NCBI GenBank assembly: GCA_034780895.1
Contig: JAUZTB010000001.1
Span: forward strand, 45,588,111-45,652,110
Length of the DNA: 64,000 nt
Direction: 5' to 3'
Source of the DNA: Rhynchobatus australiae
Taxonomy: Eukaryota
In this document: piece by piece, positions 1 to 11,639 of the stretch
How the letters are laid out: each line of letters begins with the position of its first letter
Position numbering within the stretch: the stretch's first letter is position 1
Position numbers and translations under genes: made by a program
Notes under the pieces: generated by a model
The model's input: the letters and a program-made list of their open reading frames with translations, nothing else
What the model was told of the DNA's origin: nothing
Databases searched by the model: none

Positions 1-357
1 GCAAATTGCACAGATCAACAGCATTGAATAAATTAGCGCGCAGTAAACAAGTGACACCTTGGGAAAAAAAACTCGATCAGTTAGCCACCTCAATGTACAT
101 AATTGCCCACTGCCTATATTCGGCAAGATGATTATTTCATAATGTTAACTGGCAGCCTGGAGTGGCAAACGTAAAATCAAAGTTAGGTCTTCTTTAGTGA
201 TCATAAATTTCTTAAAGGTTCTTCAGTGCATAAGGTGTGCCATATGAAGTAATACAATATAACGGTTCAAACTGGAGAAGATTTTGGTCTTTTGCTATGA
301 TGTATAAGACTTTTTTTCGCTTGTAATGAACAAATAATAAGCAATAACGCCCCGCTC

Positions 358-382
358 ACAAACACACGCACAGGCACACGCA

Positions 383-418
<36 letters not shown>

Positions 419-419
419 A
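358..419. repeat. (CA)n microsatellite with short (GA)n tail
   Basis: Imperfect then perfect CA run read directly from the sequence. Confidence 0.9.
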
Positions 420-1039
420 GGAACAAACGATACAGCTGCTTTTTTCTTCCAGCGAAGTCTATTTTCATTTCTGAAACCTCCCGAGGTTGGTTGTGCTACT
501 GGCTGTAAACTAATCGTGGTGAATGCCAAGATTGCTGAGCCATTCCTGGCCATTCAAACAAAAACAAAGTTCAACGCGAAACATGAAGAATTAACTTGGG
601 AATAAAGCTTCTGAAATGTAAATCTAAAGATCCTCCCTTTTATCATTAACGAAGTCTCGCCCATTTTTTTGTCATGGAGGACGGTCACTGAGTGCGTTTT
701 CGGTAGAAATGCGCAGTCCCTCTACAACAGTTTAATCCCTGTCATCTTTAAAAACTCCGAGCTCAATCTTGCCGACCTTTACTCATCGACTCGTTCCAAT
801 TTCTCTATTGTATCACCCAGCGAGAACCATGAAACATGGCACTGGAACTGGTGATGCGCGTTTATGTTTTAAACATATATTCTCCTCTTTTGTATACGAT
901 GGTACACTGAACTGCTATTAACAGGCGATGTACCAGAAGCACATTTATAAGCAGGAATATTGCACCTTTGTGGGAATATTTCGGCGCCCAGTGTTGATTA
1001 AACATACTTTACAATGCCAAAGGAGGCCTGTTTTATTAA

Positions 1040-1130
1040 AGACACATTAATGTATAATCAAATACACCTCATAAAAATTTTATTGATAGACATAAAAACA
1101 TTTATGGTGGCTTCTGAGTATAGACTATAA
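1040..1130. promoter_or_regulatory. Cluster of Cdx/posterior-Hox-type sites (CATAAA, TTTATT, TTTATGG) upstream of HoxD9; candidate conserved non-coding element
   Basis: ctcataaaaattttattgatagacataaaaacatttatgg: four TTTAT/ATAAA cores within about 40 nt. Function is inferred. Confidence 0.4.
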
Positions 1131-1654
1131 AGCAGGGGAGGAGCCGTTTACTTCAAAATGTGGTGATACTTAAAACAAATGAAAGTATCAGACGAAGAAT
1201 CGAAATGGGGGAAATAAAACAGCTCGTTCGTGTACTCAAGACTTTTTAAGGGAAATGTTCAAATCCTTCATCTTACAGCATGTCGTTTACTCCTTTTATG
1301 GGAGACGTTAGTCAATGATCTGTAAACGCTCTCATCTAAACAGGGTATATACACAATATAGAAACACCAACGTACCTCGAAGGTGTTTTCTTGCCGCTTT
1401 ATTGCACTAAGCTAACAGATATTTGCTCTTGACATAGATCATGGACTATTCGCTGCTGATTATGAAATGAGTGACAGACATTAATTAGCTTACGGGGGGA
1501 AAATAGTCCCCAGTTTCTCCAGAAGCTTTTTTTTCCACTGCACTTGGAGAGTTTGTTCTTCTGACCCCAGAAGAAGGTTCCCAACGTTCTTAATCGAGTG
1601 ATCTTTTTTGTTCCACTGACGATACAATATTTTATTTCTCATAAAGCTGATCTA

Positions 1655-1790
1655 GGCCCATATGTGGTCACACTGATGAGCGGATTGATTTACTCACTGT
1701 ATTGGTAAATACAATCACGTGAGTCGCGCAACCAATAGCTGCAGCTGTAGTCGGCAAAATACTATGATTGTTCTGAGTGAAGGTATCAGA
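1655..1790 (+). promoter_or_regulatory. HoxD9 proximal promoter
   Basis: TGATTTAC, ATTGG (1701) + CACGTG (1716), CCAAT (about 1731), directly upstream of the ATG. Resembles the conserved Hox9 promoter block. Confidence 0.7.
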
Positions 1791-1836
1791 TACACTTCCC
1801 AGTGTAACCTTTTCTATGAAAGCGAGAGAGCCTAAA

Positions 1837-3167
1837 ATGTCGACCGGTGGCACCATACACAATTATTATGTTGATTCTTTGATAGGACAGGAGACTGAGG
1901 ACTTGTACGCGGCGAGGTATGCACAAGGAGCCCACAGCACAGCTTCAAGGCCATCAGGTGTAACAGACAGTTCAGATTTCTCCTCCTGCAGTTTTACCCC
2001 CAAATCAACCGTGTTTTCCAATCCCTGGTCTCCCGTTCATCCACAATCCTCTGGCGCCGTTGCAGGGATCTATCATCCTTATATGCATCAGTCGCATCTT
2101 GGAGCTGCAGATTCCAGATACCCGCGCTCATGGTTAGAACCCCTCTCCACTTCAGTGTCTTTCCCCGGATTCCATCCCAACGGCCGGCATTACGGAATCA
2201 AGCCAGAAACTCTGGCGGCCAAGAGGACTGAGTGCTCTTCCTATGAGCTGCAAACCCTCAGCCTGCCCGAATTCACGTGCAGCTCCTACCCAGAGAGCAG
2301 GGAGAAGCTTCCCAAGGAGCTTGGCTGCACCAGCTCCGAGACTACGAACAGCAGTGAGCACAAGGAGGAGAAACCCCGGCAACTTGACCCAAGTAAGTGT
2401 AAGAATTGCAGCTTGATTTACAACCCGAACCTGTAGACCCGAGTGTGCAAAGCTGATGGTTTTACAAACCTATAAAAATGTCTAGACGCCTGCCCAAGTC
2501 TGAAAAGCCACAGCCAGCAGTAAAAAGTTTATATTGTTTACAGAGAATTTTTACACACAAATTTGCGCGAGACTATAAAACCTTATTTTCAAGTTGATGC
2601 ACTACTTCTCGCTAAATTTGACAGGGCTTTCCGAAATTTGAAGATAAAATGTACTGCTTTTTTACTAAGTTAAAGTAATTGTGTTTTTTTCCACTACTCC
2701 CATCATGGCGTTTTGTTTATTTTTGATAGTAAACCACCCCCAGATATGCTCGAATCTACTGAAGGCAAATAGTCATTCAATTTCCGAATATATCGTCCTG
2801 AACTTGACAAGACAAACAGCACTGTAACTATTGAGCTTGTGGGAATTTTTGAGAGAGTCTGAAATCCCACGAAAGGTGTACAGAAGCTAACCACAATTCA
2901 ATTCGTGATTATTTCTTACTTCCAGATCACCCCGCAATAAATTGGATCCACGCTCGCTCTACCAGGAAGAAACGTTGCCCCTACACCAAGTACCAGACGC
3001 TTGAATTGGAAAAGGAGTTTTTATTTAATATGTATCTTACCAGAGACCGCCGTTATGAAGTTGCTAGAATTTTAAATCTTACGGAGCGGCAAGTAAAAAT
3101 TTGGTTTCAAAACAGAAGAATGAAAATGAAAAAGATGAACAAAGTGAAAAACAACGAAGAACCGTGA
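1837..3167 (+). CDS. HOXD9: Homeobox protein Hox-D9, join(1837..2392,2926..3167), 265 aa; an in-frame upstream ATG at 1816 could add MKAREPK
   Basis: N-terminus [17 protein letters not shown], Hox9 activation-region motifs (FSSCSF, WLEP, YGIKPE), phase-1 intron gtaagt...tccag, [74 protein letters not shown] and cluster context indicate the D paralogue. Confidence 0.96.
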
Positions 3168-5104
3168 TTGCCCGTCCGTTTCCTAACGATAGATCTGAAA
3201 ACCGTACAGACTTTGTAAAAAGTGTTTTGTCCATCTGGTGGTGCTTGGTCTATTCGAAGCACGGTCTATGTTCCCAGTGTTGTACTGTTTCAGAACAATC
3301 CTGTGTTTAAACAACTGCCTTTTATCTAGTGACTGTCCCTGATTTGCTGCTATGGGTTACATTAAACAAAATTTAAACTGATGTCAGCACGTTAGTTGTA
3401 TTACGTTAGAACTTTGACGACATTATTAAGATATACTTGTTTTATATAGACATAAACACGCACATTTGAACAGTTTGTTTATGTGCAACGTGTATAATTC
3501 CGTGTTTCTGCTGTATTGCTAGAATAATGTTTAGATATAAATTTAGAGGGAAACAATACAATACCATTTTATGCAGTTTTAATGCCAGTTCTCTGTGGAA
3601 TGTAATGCAAACGTTGTACATCATTGTTAATTTCCGATGGAATGAGACTATCACTGTGCTGATAAAGGCAATGTAATATTTATTTATAATGTTTCAGGTT
3701 AACTTCGCGAAGCATCACGGTCACTCTGGAAAGACGTCTAGTCCTCGAATAACTTAAAAGTGTCATTGAACAGTAGGCATTTTGACTAAAGAACACAAAT
3801 AAATAGAAATTGTTTAAATTTTGTTACTTTTCCTGTGACTGTGGGAATCTTTTTTTACTGCGTTTGGGACAATCTGAAGCAAGTTTATTTTAGCGACGTG
3901 AATAAGGACTGCTTTAATGCGGAGCTAATGGCGTCGATGTGAATACTCTTATAAAGAGCTAGTGACTTGGGTCATTACATAAGTCAAATCCATTGTATTT
4001 AATAAGAGAATATAATTTCACCGTAGTTTCTGATTTACTCCCGATCCTCTACGTTATTTAATAGCTACCACAGATGTGACAATAAAAATTATACTGTGCT
4101 ACAAAAGTCAAAATGCTATAAATAAAAGAGGAATGTTCCACTTATGTACGCTGTTTTGTACCTCACTTTTGGTCAATAAGGTAACAATGAAATGTTTATG
4201 AACATTTCAGGTTTGCTGCCAGGGCAAAAAGTCATTCATTATTCGATAAACGCTCTTGGGATGCAGACAGCCGAGCAGAGAATGAGGACCTACATATTCC
4301 GTTAGTTTGACTTTACACTTTGTTTTAGCTTTACATTTAAAACAGTCGCTATTGTTGATTAGATGGCATTATCAAGATGGTACAAAAACCATTTTCTTCA
4401 GATTACCCGAAAAGCACTCTTATTTTAGCGTCTGATGGAAATGGACAGTTTGCTAGCATTAATTATAAACCCGCTTGTGAAATCTTGGAATTTTTGGATG
4501 TGGCAGTTAGAAGCTATCAACGATACGCATGCTGGTGCACTTTAATTTTGTAGATAAAGTTGCTCATCGGTTTTAATCAATTCACTTTATATATATCTAG
4601 GGTACACGAGCTGGTGTTTTGCTTGAAGTCAGTTGCCCGTCTCTTAAGCAAATCTTTACCCACTGTTGATATATTTTCAATAATTTCTCCCTTTCTGTTT
4701 GAGCAGTTTGGTTTTTTTTATAAATGTTATTCATCTGCAAGACCTAATCGCACTTTGGGATAGTTCATTGTCACAGATACATATGTTGCATTGGTCAGGT
4801 AAGGATAGAAACACAAACAACCGCAGTATTATTGGGAAGACATTGCATACGGAGGAGGTATAATCGACCCATAAAGGGCCACAAAGCACAAACAGTTCGA
4901 AAGCTTGTTTTTATTTCACGTCACTATCTCAGTTAGATATTCCACTGGAAACAACGGCGTGAATTTCTCAAATTAGAACCGTGTTCTTTTTGGAGAAGTT
5001 CCCTGAAAACGTGTCGTGTCCAGAGGTGTTGAATTGCAACGCCATCTATTGCCACAATTTTGTGTACAGTACTTTAAAACAGGAAGGAACGGGATACGAT
5101 AAAC

Positions 5105-5175
5105 CCCACAACTGGCTAGACGTCTTAATGGCTTTATGGGTTTCTTCGTGTAATTACGGTCTTCTTTGAAATCAA
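5105..5175 (+). promoter_or_regulatory. Paralogue of the Hoxc8 early enhancer (Cdx/Hox/Tcf sites) upstream of HoxD8
   Basis: ctggctagacgtcttaatggctttatggg...ctttgaaatc. Same order of CTGGCTAGACGTCT, TTAAT, TTTATGG and CTTTGAAATC as the Hoxc8 early enhancer as recalled, about 4.5 kb 5' of the HoxD8 ATG. Confidence 0.65.
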
Positions 5176-6282
5176 CCAATTCAATGTTTTTGTCTGTTGG
5201 TGACAAATAAAATGCAGACACTAGTTAAAGAGACGAAGACAATTAATTCCGCCTTGTCACTTAAATCTGGACAAATTGGTAACTATTCCCAAGCATATAT
5301 GCAAGAAAATCAGCGCAGTACACTCGGTATAAAGTAGATTTACATAAAATATTGGTCAGTATGTCCAATTAAATAAACATAACGAGGAATCTGCAAGCTT
5401 AATTAACGGAAGGCCCTGTAATAGAAAACAACACACACGCAAAGATAGTTATCTCTACTGCAACACATTTTGTTATGCAAAATGCAAATGAATTATACTG
5501 GAATTTTGCTAACAAATAGTTTACAGCGAGTCAAAACAAAATTGAACAAAACTAAATTCTCTTAATTAGGTCTCACGTTCCATGATCTTTTTCTTCACAA
5601 TTTGCAACTCAAGATAAACGCTCCCGACTTCTCGCGCAAACGTTCACAACAATTCACGAATTTGGAGAAGGTTCTGATAGCAGCAGTGAAGCACACAATG
5701 ACGCGGCATCGCAGCCTATAGACGAACATATTTAGATGTTACCAGATTTTCATAGTCCCTAATAGGGCTCCCTTATGCCTCTATATTAATTTCATTGTCT
5801 GCGTATACATGTGCAATCGCATATATCTCCCTACACCCACCGCTTTCTTCACCCCAATTTTCCATTCGTATGCCGACATAATTATATTTTCTACTTTAGA
5901 AAATAATATATATATAGAAAATTAGCGGAAAATTTGTTTTAGACAGCCATATCAGTAAAATATATACAGTTGCCAAAAACGTTCTGGCCAATAACAACCG
6001 AATGAAGTTGCAAATAATCAACTAACTTTTCGAATTTCAGTTGTTTTCAGTTGTAAATTCATGAAAGCCGACGTCTAATAAGGTGCAGAGCAGAAGAAAT
6101 TCGGAGTTTCAGTGAACATTCTGATTCAATTCACATGGAACTATTTCTAGCACCCATTGAGACCTATTGCAGCTGTTTTTATATTTCATTTCTTCTTCAG
6201 CATTTTAATTTATTCTCAAGTGATTCGACTAGAAAAGGAACAAAAGTAGCCCGTGTTCCGACTTAGTTGTAATGCATACAAT

Positions 6283-6301
6283 TGACCACCGGGGAGCGCC
6301 G
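6283..6301 (+). promoter_or_regulatory. Candidate CTCF site between HoxD9 and HoxD8
   Basis: TGACCACCGGGGAGCGCCG resembles CCASYAGRKGGCRS with two mismatches. It is an isolated GC-rich word in AT-rich DNA. Confidence 0.4.
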
Positions 6302-8930
6302 TCGCTCCATTTTACCAAATTGGAAACTTGGGGTGATAACAGAAAGATATTAAAAAAGGTTAAAAGCCAAGCACTCAATTTTTTCATGTGACTTTTTTTT
6401 CAAATTTGGAAAACAGTAAGATCTTAACCCTGATTTTTCACTGGAGTTTCAAAATAAATTTCCCATCACAGTTATAGACTCACAAAAATAGTTGAAAATT
6501 AAACACGTGTGAACATGTGCTCGCTTGAACATTAAGGAATCTAAATAACTTCATGGAAATGTATCATTAAATAATTACATTACAGAAGCTTTCCATATCA
6601 AAATATTTGTAAGAATAAAATTGACTGATTTTTCAGAACAATACACACCTGTTGCAAGTAATAGGAATTTCAATTTTCTCACAAAAATCCTCATTAATTG
6701 CGGCTGCTCTCGCCTTTGTTCTTATGATGTTCATTCGCCGAAATTCTAAAAAGTGATCTTTCTGCAATGGACCCAGGCTTATATTACGGACAAAGTCGGC
6801 GCGATAGATGTCAAATACACTGGGGTGAGAGTCGAGAAAAAGAATCAATCAGACTTTTTGTTCTTTTTCAATTTTAATAAATTACGTTAGTTATGAAGAA
6901 AACTGAAAATGCATTAACCGGTGCAGCATTATTACAATAAATGGCGCATCGTTCGAGCTATCTTGCTAACATTTATAAACGACAGTTGTTACAATTATTT
7001 CTGATTTTTTTCGTGCATTTCAGCCGTTAAAGAGTACAACAAATAGAGCCAGTTCCACGATATTTTTTACTATTTGCTTGACGGCAAATTTTACATTTTT
7101 CCAACAAAAATACTTCTTCCAAAAAATGTAAAGTTCTCCACATATTTCTGAAACATTTTAAAGCGTTCTGAAGCAGATGTATGTTTTTAAAGTGAAATAG
7201 AATAAACCACATCACACTCACAGATTGAATGTCGCACGGTCTTGACGCGGGGACGTGTCCCGGAATAAACCGACTTCAATTAAAATACTGTTGAGCGTGA
7301 AAAAAGGGGAATAAAATATTCGGATGCATCTTAAATTACAACGTCCGTTTGGAAATGAATTTTCAACAAAAAAAGTCCTTTCCTAAGATTCGGACTGAGA
7401 CGCTTGCGCTTGATTACCTTTTCCAAAAAAAAAGATGCATTATCTTAAAAACATACCCAGCAATATTGTATAATTGCAAATAATTATATTTTCTATTTGA
7501 TTATCGCTGATAATTGGGAGAATTATTCAGTAAACCCAATTAGTATTAATTTCTACTTTTCAGCTTTTTGACGTACCGTCTTTTGATTAAAAGTGGCTTT
7601 GCGATCGTTTTCGGAAAACAAAAAAAGATGTAAAATTGTTAAAATTAAACTAATTACGTATGCATTTACGCTTTGCAGCCTGAGGGGCCTGAATTTTAAA
7701 ATATTAACATAACTTGAATAGTTTATATAAAAAGCGCCAGAAAAATTCATTGAATTTACTTTTCAAATAAATTTGCTTAAACGAAGCGAACATTGCGGTA
7801 ATCCAGATATCTTGTCGAAAATCAAATAGATACACGCAAATATGTGCGGAACAAAATTAATATGCAGTATATTTTTGTATAACAAATTAATATAAATATT
7901 CATTATACTGGAAAGTGGTTTACCGAAGACTTTAACTGTGGCTGTGCCTGAGTGTTTCTCGCCCAACAATAGAGTTAAAGTTGGGCAAAATATCGCGTTT
8001 TGGCCTATTTCTATCTTTAAAAGTGGAAATGTTTTGTTATAATTACGCGAAGATCGTGTTTAAAATTGAGAATTATCAGCTGAGTTTTTGGTTTATACAA
8101 ATAGATGAAAAAATGCAGAAAAATAATATCTTAAGCTAGATTATGTTTCATGTACAGTTCTANNNNNNNNNNNNNNNNNNNNNNNNNNNNNNNNNNNNNN
8201 NNNNNNNNNNNNNNNNNNNNNNNNNNNNNNNNNNNNNNNNNNNNNNNNNNNNNNNNNNNNNNNNNNNNNNNNNNNNNNNNNNNNNNNNNNNNNNNNNNNN
8301 NNNNNNNNNNNNNNNNNNNNNNNNNNNNNNNNNNNNNNNNNNNNNNNNNNNNNNNNNNNNNNNNNNNNNNNNNNNNNNNNNNNNNNNNNNNNNNNNNNNN
8401 NNNNNNNNNNNNGGTGGCTGGTGAGAAATGGGATTCGGCGTATTCCTGAGCAATTCCGGAGCTCGGGACCTGATGACTCCCATCTCAGCCTTGTTCCTTC
8501 TCCCGATTTTGCAGCTCTTGCTGAAATTTCAACCACAAGCTGCAAACTTTGTGTTGCCCTGCAGATCCGAGCTGCTTTTCTCGTCAATGACGTCTGCCAT
8601 GGGTGAAATGATGGAAATTGTATTCACAAGCATGATTTTCATTAGCTAGCAATTAACCTCCAAGTTTCAGTCAAGCGAGCATATTTTTTTTGATCTGAGG
8701 CAAGGATTGCTCTTTCTTCCCGTTCTTCGTAGACACATTGTTCCACTAAGCATATTAATGCTAGTTGATAAAATGGTTTACTTTAAACGGGCATCATTTT
8801 TTGTGCATCTGCTTCCTATCTAGACCTAATAATAGTAATAACTATTGCCGACTCACATCAGTTTATACGTAAACGACAGGTATCAGTGCGCCAGTACCTA
8901 TATAAATATAATACAGAAAAGTCACACTTT

Positions 8931-8965
<35 letters not shown>

Positions 8966-8967
8966 TT

Positions 8968-9006
<39 letters not shown>
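8931..9006. repeat. (TA)n(TG)n microsatellite running into an N-gap
   Basis: Read directly from the sequence. Confidence 0.9.
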
Positions 9007-9665
9007 NNNNNNNNNNTAGGCAGACAGAGTGACAGGCGCAAGCAGATTCTACAAGATTTACAGAAAGAGCCAGCACCAAATAATCCCTAATGTTAATTCT
9101 AACTTTAGCCTTTTAGCCCTCCAGCCTCCCCCATCCCCCATTCCCCATTTTTGACTATGTCTTGACCTTGAGACCAGTCTCACCTTGTTGTGTTCTGAAA
9201 TCTAATTGCTGTGCTGTAACCGGGCCAGCTTCATTTCTCTTCAGCTGAGTGGCGCACGTATTTCATGTTTTCTGTGATGCGGCCCGCCTAATTGTAATGA
9301 GAGGGTGCTGAATATATTAATCCGCATGTTATCTTTTTTCCCCGATCTGTATGCCCTCTACTTTTTAAAAAATATCATTTCTCAGCACAGACGTGTTGTC
9401 CGCGAAGGCAGTTACTGTAAACGGCAATCAAAGATCTCTTCAGCTGGCTTGCAACTGAGCTGCGGTTTCAAAGTGAAGCAGTCAAAGCAGTGAGGCAGTG
9501 GTGCACCTACAGTATTAGCGAGTATGTTCCACGGGGCATCAGTGCACACTGGACCTGCATTGCCATCATGAACACTGTGTAGACCGGGCAAACCAATAAC
9601 ATCACTCCAGTACTGTTTAACATTTATTTTGTTTATATTCATTGGCCATTCTAGAGTCTGCACAG

Positions 9666-10611
9666 ATGAGTTCATATTTTGTAAATCCATTCTACTCCAA
9701 GTACAAGCCAGGAGAAGCCCTAAGTCCCACTTACTACGACTGCCGGTTTCCACAGGACGTGACTAGCAGACACGCTGTGGTCTATGGTCCCAGCAGCGGC
9801 GCGAGCTTCCAGCACCCAGCTCAAGTTCAAGAATTTTACCATCATGGGACACCAGCACTTCCTAATACTGGCTTTCAACAGAATCCTTGTGGAATTACGT
9901 GTCATGGTGACCCCTCTAAATTTTACGGATACGATAACTTACAAAGACAGCAAATTTTTACGACACAGCAAGAGGCCGATCTGCTACAATATCCTGACTG
10001 TAAATCGTCTAGCAGTAATATTGGCGAAGAACCAGAGCACTTAAATCAGAACTCGTCTCCTACTCAAATGTTTCCCTGGATGAGACCTCAAGGTTGGATA
10101 TATTAAAATTAGCTTCCATCTCACGTTTTACTGCTCAGTTCTGCCGCCAAGGTGTTTAATGCTATCTATAATAGTTAGCTTTAATAGGAACACTTTCTTT
10201 CTGTAACATGACCGACCAAAGCAAAAATCGTTGCCCTTGTGGCTAGTCTGTCGTTACTTGATTGTGTACATTTGACCCAATCTTTATTGTCTTTTGTGTT
10301 TCTCGTGTTGTTTAGCAGCGCCTGGTAGACGCAGAGGGAGACAAACTTACAGCCGATTCCAAACCCTGGAGCTGGAAAAGGAATTCCTGTTCAATCCGTA
10401 TCTGACGCGAAAGCGAAGGATCGAAGTTTCTCATGCTCTGGGACTGACTGAGAGACAGGTGAAGATTTGGTTTCAAAACAGGAGAATGAAATGGAAAAAA
10501 GAAAACAACAAGGACAAATTCCCAACCTCTCGGAACGACGACGAAGGGGAAGAGGTCAAGAAAGAACAGGAAGAGCCTGAGCAGGACACAACAGAGAAGG
10601 AGACCAAGTAA
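9666..10611 (+). CDS. HOXD8: Homeobox protein Hox-D8, join(9666..10092,10316..10611), 240 aa (239 aa with the alternative acceptor at 10319)
   Basis: [14 protein letters not shown] start, hexapeptide MFPWMRPQ, phase-1 intron, homeodomain [66 protein letters not shown] is typical of HoxD8. Confidence 0.96.
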
Positions 10612-11001
10612 CTTTACCCCTTTGGCCTCAGAGAAGAACGCCATTCAGATTGTGCCAATTCCACTGTTATACGTGTTGATCAGATTGAATCCTCCAGCAC
10701 ATTGATGGTTAGTTTGGTGTAAACAGTCCACCAGCTTTTGAAGTTCTTTCGAGCCTTAATTCAACATTATTTCAAATGAGGTCTGTGTGCATCATTTTAA
10801 CCTTTTCGATCACACCCTGGCAGACATAGTATCAACTGTCCTATAGAATTTTGCAACTCCCTTTAAAAGTGGAAAGTTGCAATATCCCAGAAGAAATAGC
10901 CATTTTGAATAAAGATTTTATTGCTTTTTAATAGGAGGAAAATATAAAATGAAATCGCGATTAATTTAGTTTGTTGATTTTATTTAGCATTTGTGATTAC
11001 A

Positions 11002-11022
11002 CCCAACAACATGAACTGCCTA
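11002..11022 (+). promoter_or_regulatory. miR-196 target site in the HoxD8 3'UTR
   Basis: CCCAACAACATGAACTGCCTA is complementary to miR-196a (UAGGUAGUUUCAUGUUGUUGGG) with one G:U pair and one bulged miRNA U. It lies upstream of the AATAAA signals at about 11183 and 11261. Confidence 0.9.
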
Positions 11023-11639
11023 ATAGAATGGATTATTTGGAATGTATTGCGAACACACTTAATTAATGATAGAAACAAAACAGTGCACTTGCGATGTGTC
11101 TTAATTACTGTGCGTGTAAACTAATTGGTGGTGTATTGCGGCTGGAAATTCTCAACAATTACCTATTCTCCGAAATGCAGTTAATAAACATAAGCAAAAA
11201 AAAATACAAGGTATTCCGCAGCAATAGTCACTTTTTATGATGGCCGAATGTGATTAAATTAATAAATGTTGATTAAATTTAACTGTGTACTTGTTTCATT
11301 TTACGACCAGTGTCCCAAAGAAAATAAAAGTAACGTGTGCTTGATAGAGAATCATTATGGCTTGATTGAGACAATCAGTTGAGATCGCTGCAATTATCAT
11401 TTAGCCAGCGTTCTGTGGCTGTTTCGAGTAGTTTCTGCAAGATTAAATCGAATGTACTTTATTTTTGTTTACCTCTGCGGTCACAAGGTGTCCGTCTGCC
11501 ATACAGCACGGCAGTTCTGATCACAGGATGAAAAAGACTGAAGATGGTGTATTTTTTATATGTAGTTATAAAAGTTAATGATAGAGCTGATGATTAGAAT
11601 ATTAGTTTATCTATGCCCTATGTTAAATGTCCTTCGGGT

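Noticed and set aside
1340-1347. miR-10 8-mer seed match ACAGGGTA
   Set aside because: It lies about 500 nt upstream of HoxD9 with no evidence of being in a 3'UTR, and an 8-mer is expected by chance in 64 kb.
1-1800. miR-196 hairpin in the Hox10-Hox9 interval
   Set aside because: No TAGGTAGTTTC mature sequence was seen, consistent with HoxD clusters lacking miR-196.
8141-8649. ORFs spanning or next to N-gaps, and the many other 60-160 aa ORFs including antisense ORFs over Hox exons
   Set aside because: They are created by N-runs, microsatellites or chance, and show no recognisable domains.
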